Source: Octopus bimaculoides (Eukaryota). Taken from it: a DNA stretch of 33,421 bases. The first letter of the stretch is position 1. Each line of letters starts with the position of its first letter. Positions 33,160-33,421 of this stretch are shown here, piece by piece. A program made the translations under genes and the position numbers. Under the pieces are notes generated by a model that saw only the letters and a list, made by a program, of their open reading frames with translations, searched no databases and was not told the origin of the DNA. The DNA lies in assembly GCF_001194135.2 (NCBI RefSeq), contig NC_068983.1:40025780-40059200 (forward strand). The letters run 5' to 3'.

Positions 33160-33235
33160 ATAATTGTGTGATAAGAAGTTAGTTTCCGAACCGCATTGAT
33201 TCCGAGTTCAGTCCCACTGCGTGGCACCTTTGGCA
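33160..33235 (+). mobile_element. SINE family B tRNA-like head only
   Basis: TTGTGTGATAAGAAG..TTCCGAGTTCAGTCCCACTGCGTGGCACCTTTGGCA. Confidence 0.75.
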
Positions 33236-33351
33236 CGTTTCAAAACAAAGGAATACCGTTAGGGTGGTAGTAGAGACGACGATGGTGTTGATAATGGCGG
33301 TTGTGGTCGTGATAATGGTGACGAGGATAGCTATTTGGGGGAATAATAAGC

Positions 33352-33386
<35 letters not shown>

Positions 33387-33421
33387 TTCCCTTATGAATT
33401 TTTTTACACACTGGCTTCTTG

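Overview
Repeat-dominated, AT-rich animal genomic DNA with 8 assembly gaps (554-1259, 5791-6265, 7553-8309, 9142-9151, 22139-23078, 23846-24576, 27196-27847, 30672-31065). The SINE families and extreme microsatellite density look like an octopod cephalopod genome (inference from memory, no database check). No complete protein-coding gene is supported; most long ORFs in the track are artefacts of gaps or simple repeats. Supported content: many copies of two tRNA-derived SINE families (here called A and B), three different decayed R4/Dong-type (RLE) LINE 3' fragments next to (TAA)n, a co-oriented ~460 bp partner retroposon (family D), a CR1/L2-type LINE 3' fragment, and an 829 bp fold-back mariner derivative made of two 5' ends. 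The most interesting signals are hammerhead ribozyme folds. One is a minimal Penelope-type motif (8554-8596, minus) inside a 313 bp segment bounded by 39 bp direct repeats. The other is a tandem pair of type I hammerhead-like motifs whose predicted cut sites are 328 nt apart (32115-32510, plus), which resembles a decayed non-LTR retrozyme. A few repeat-free islands carry splice- or promoter-like signals, including a possible 80 nt Rab26/37-like exon, but these are low confidence. Boundaries of repeat copies are by eye and approximate.
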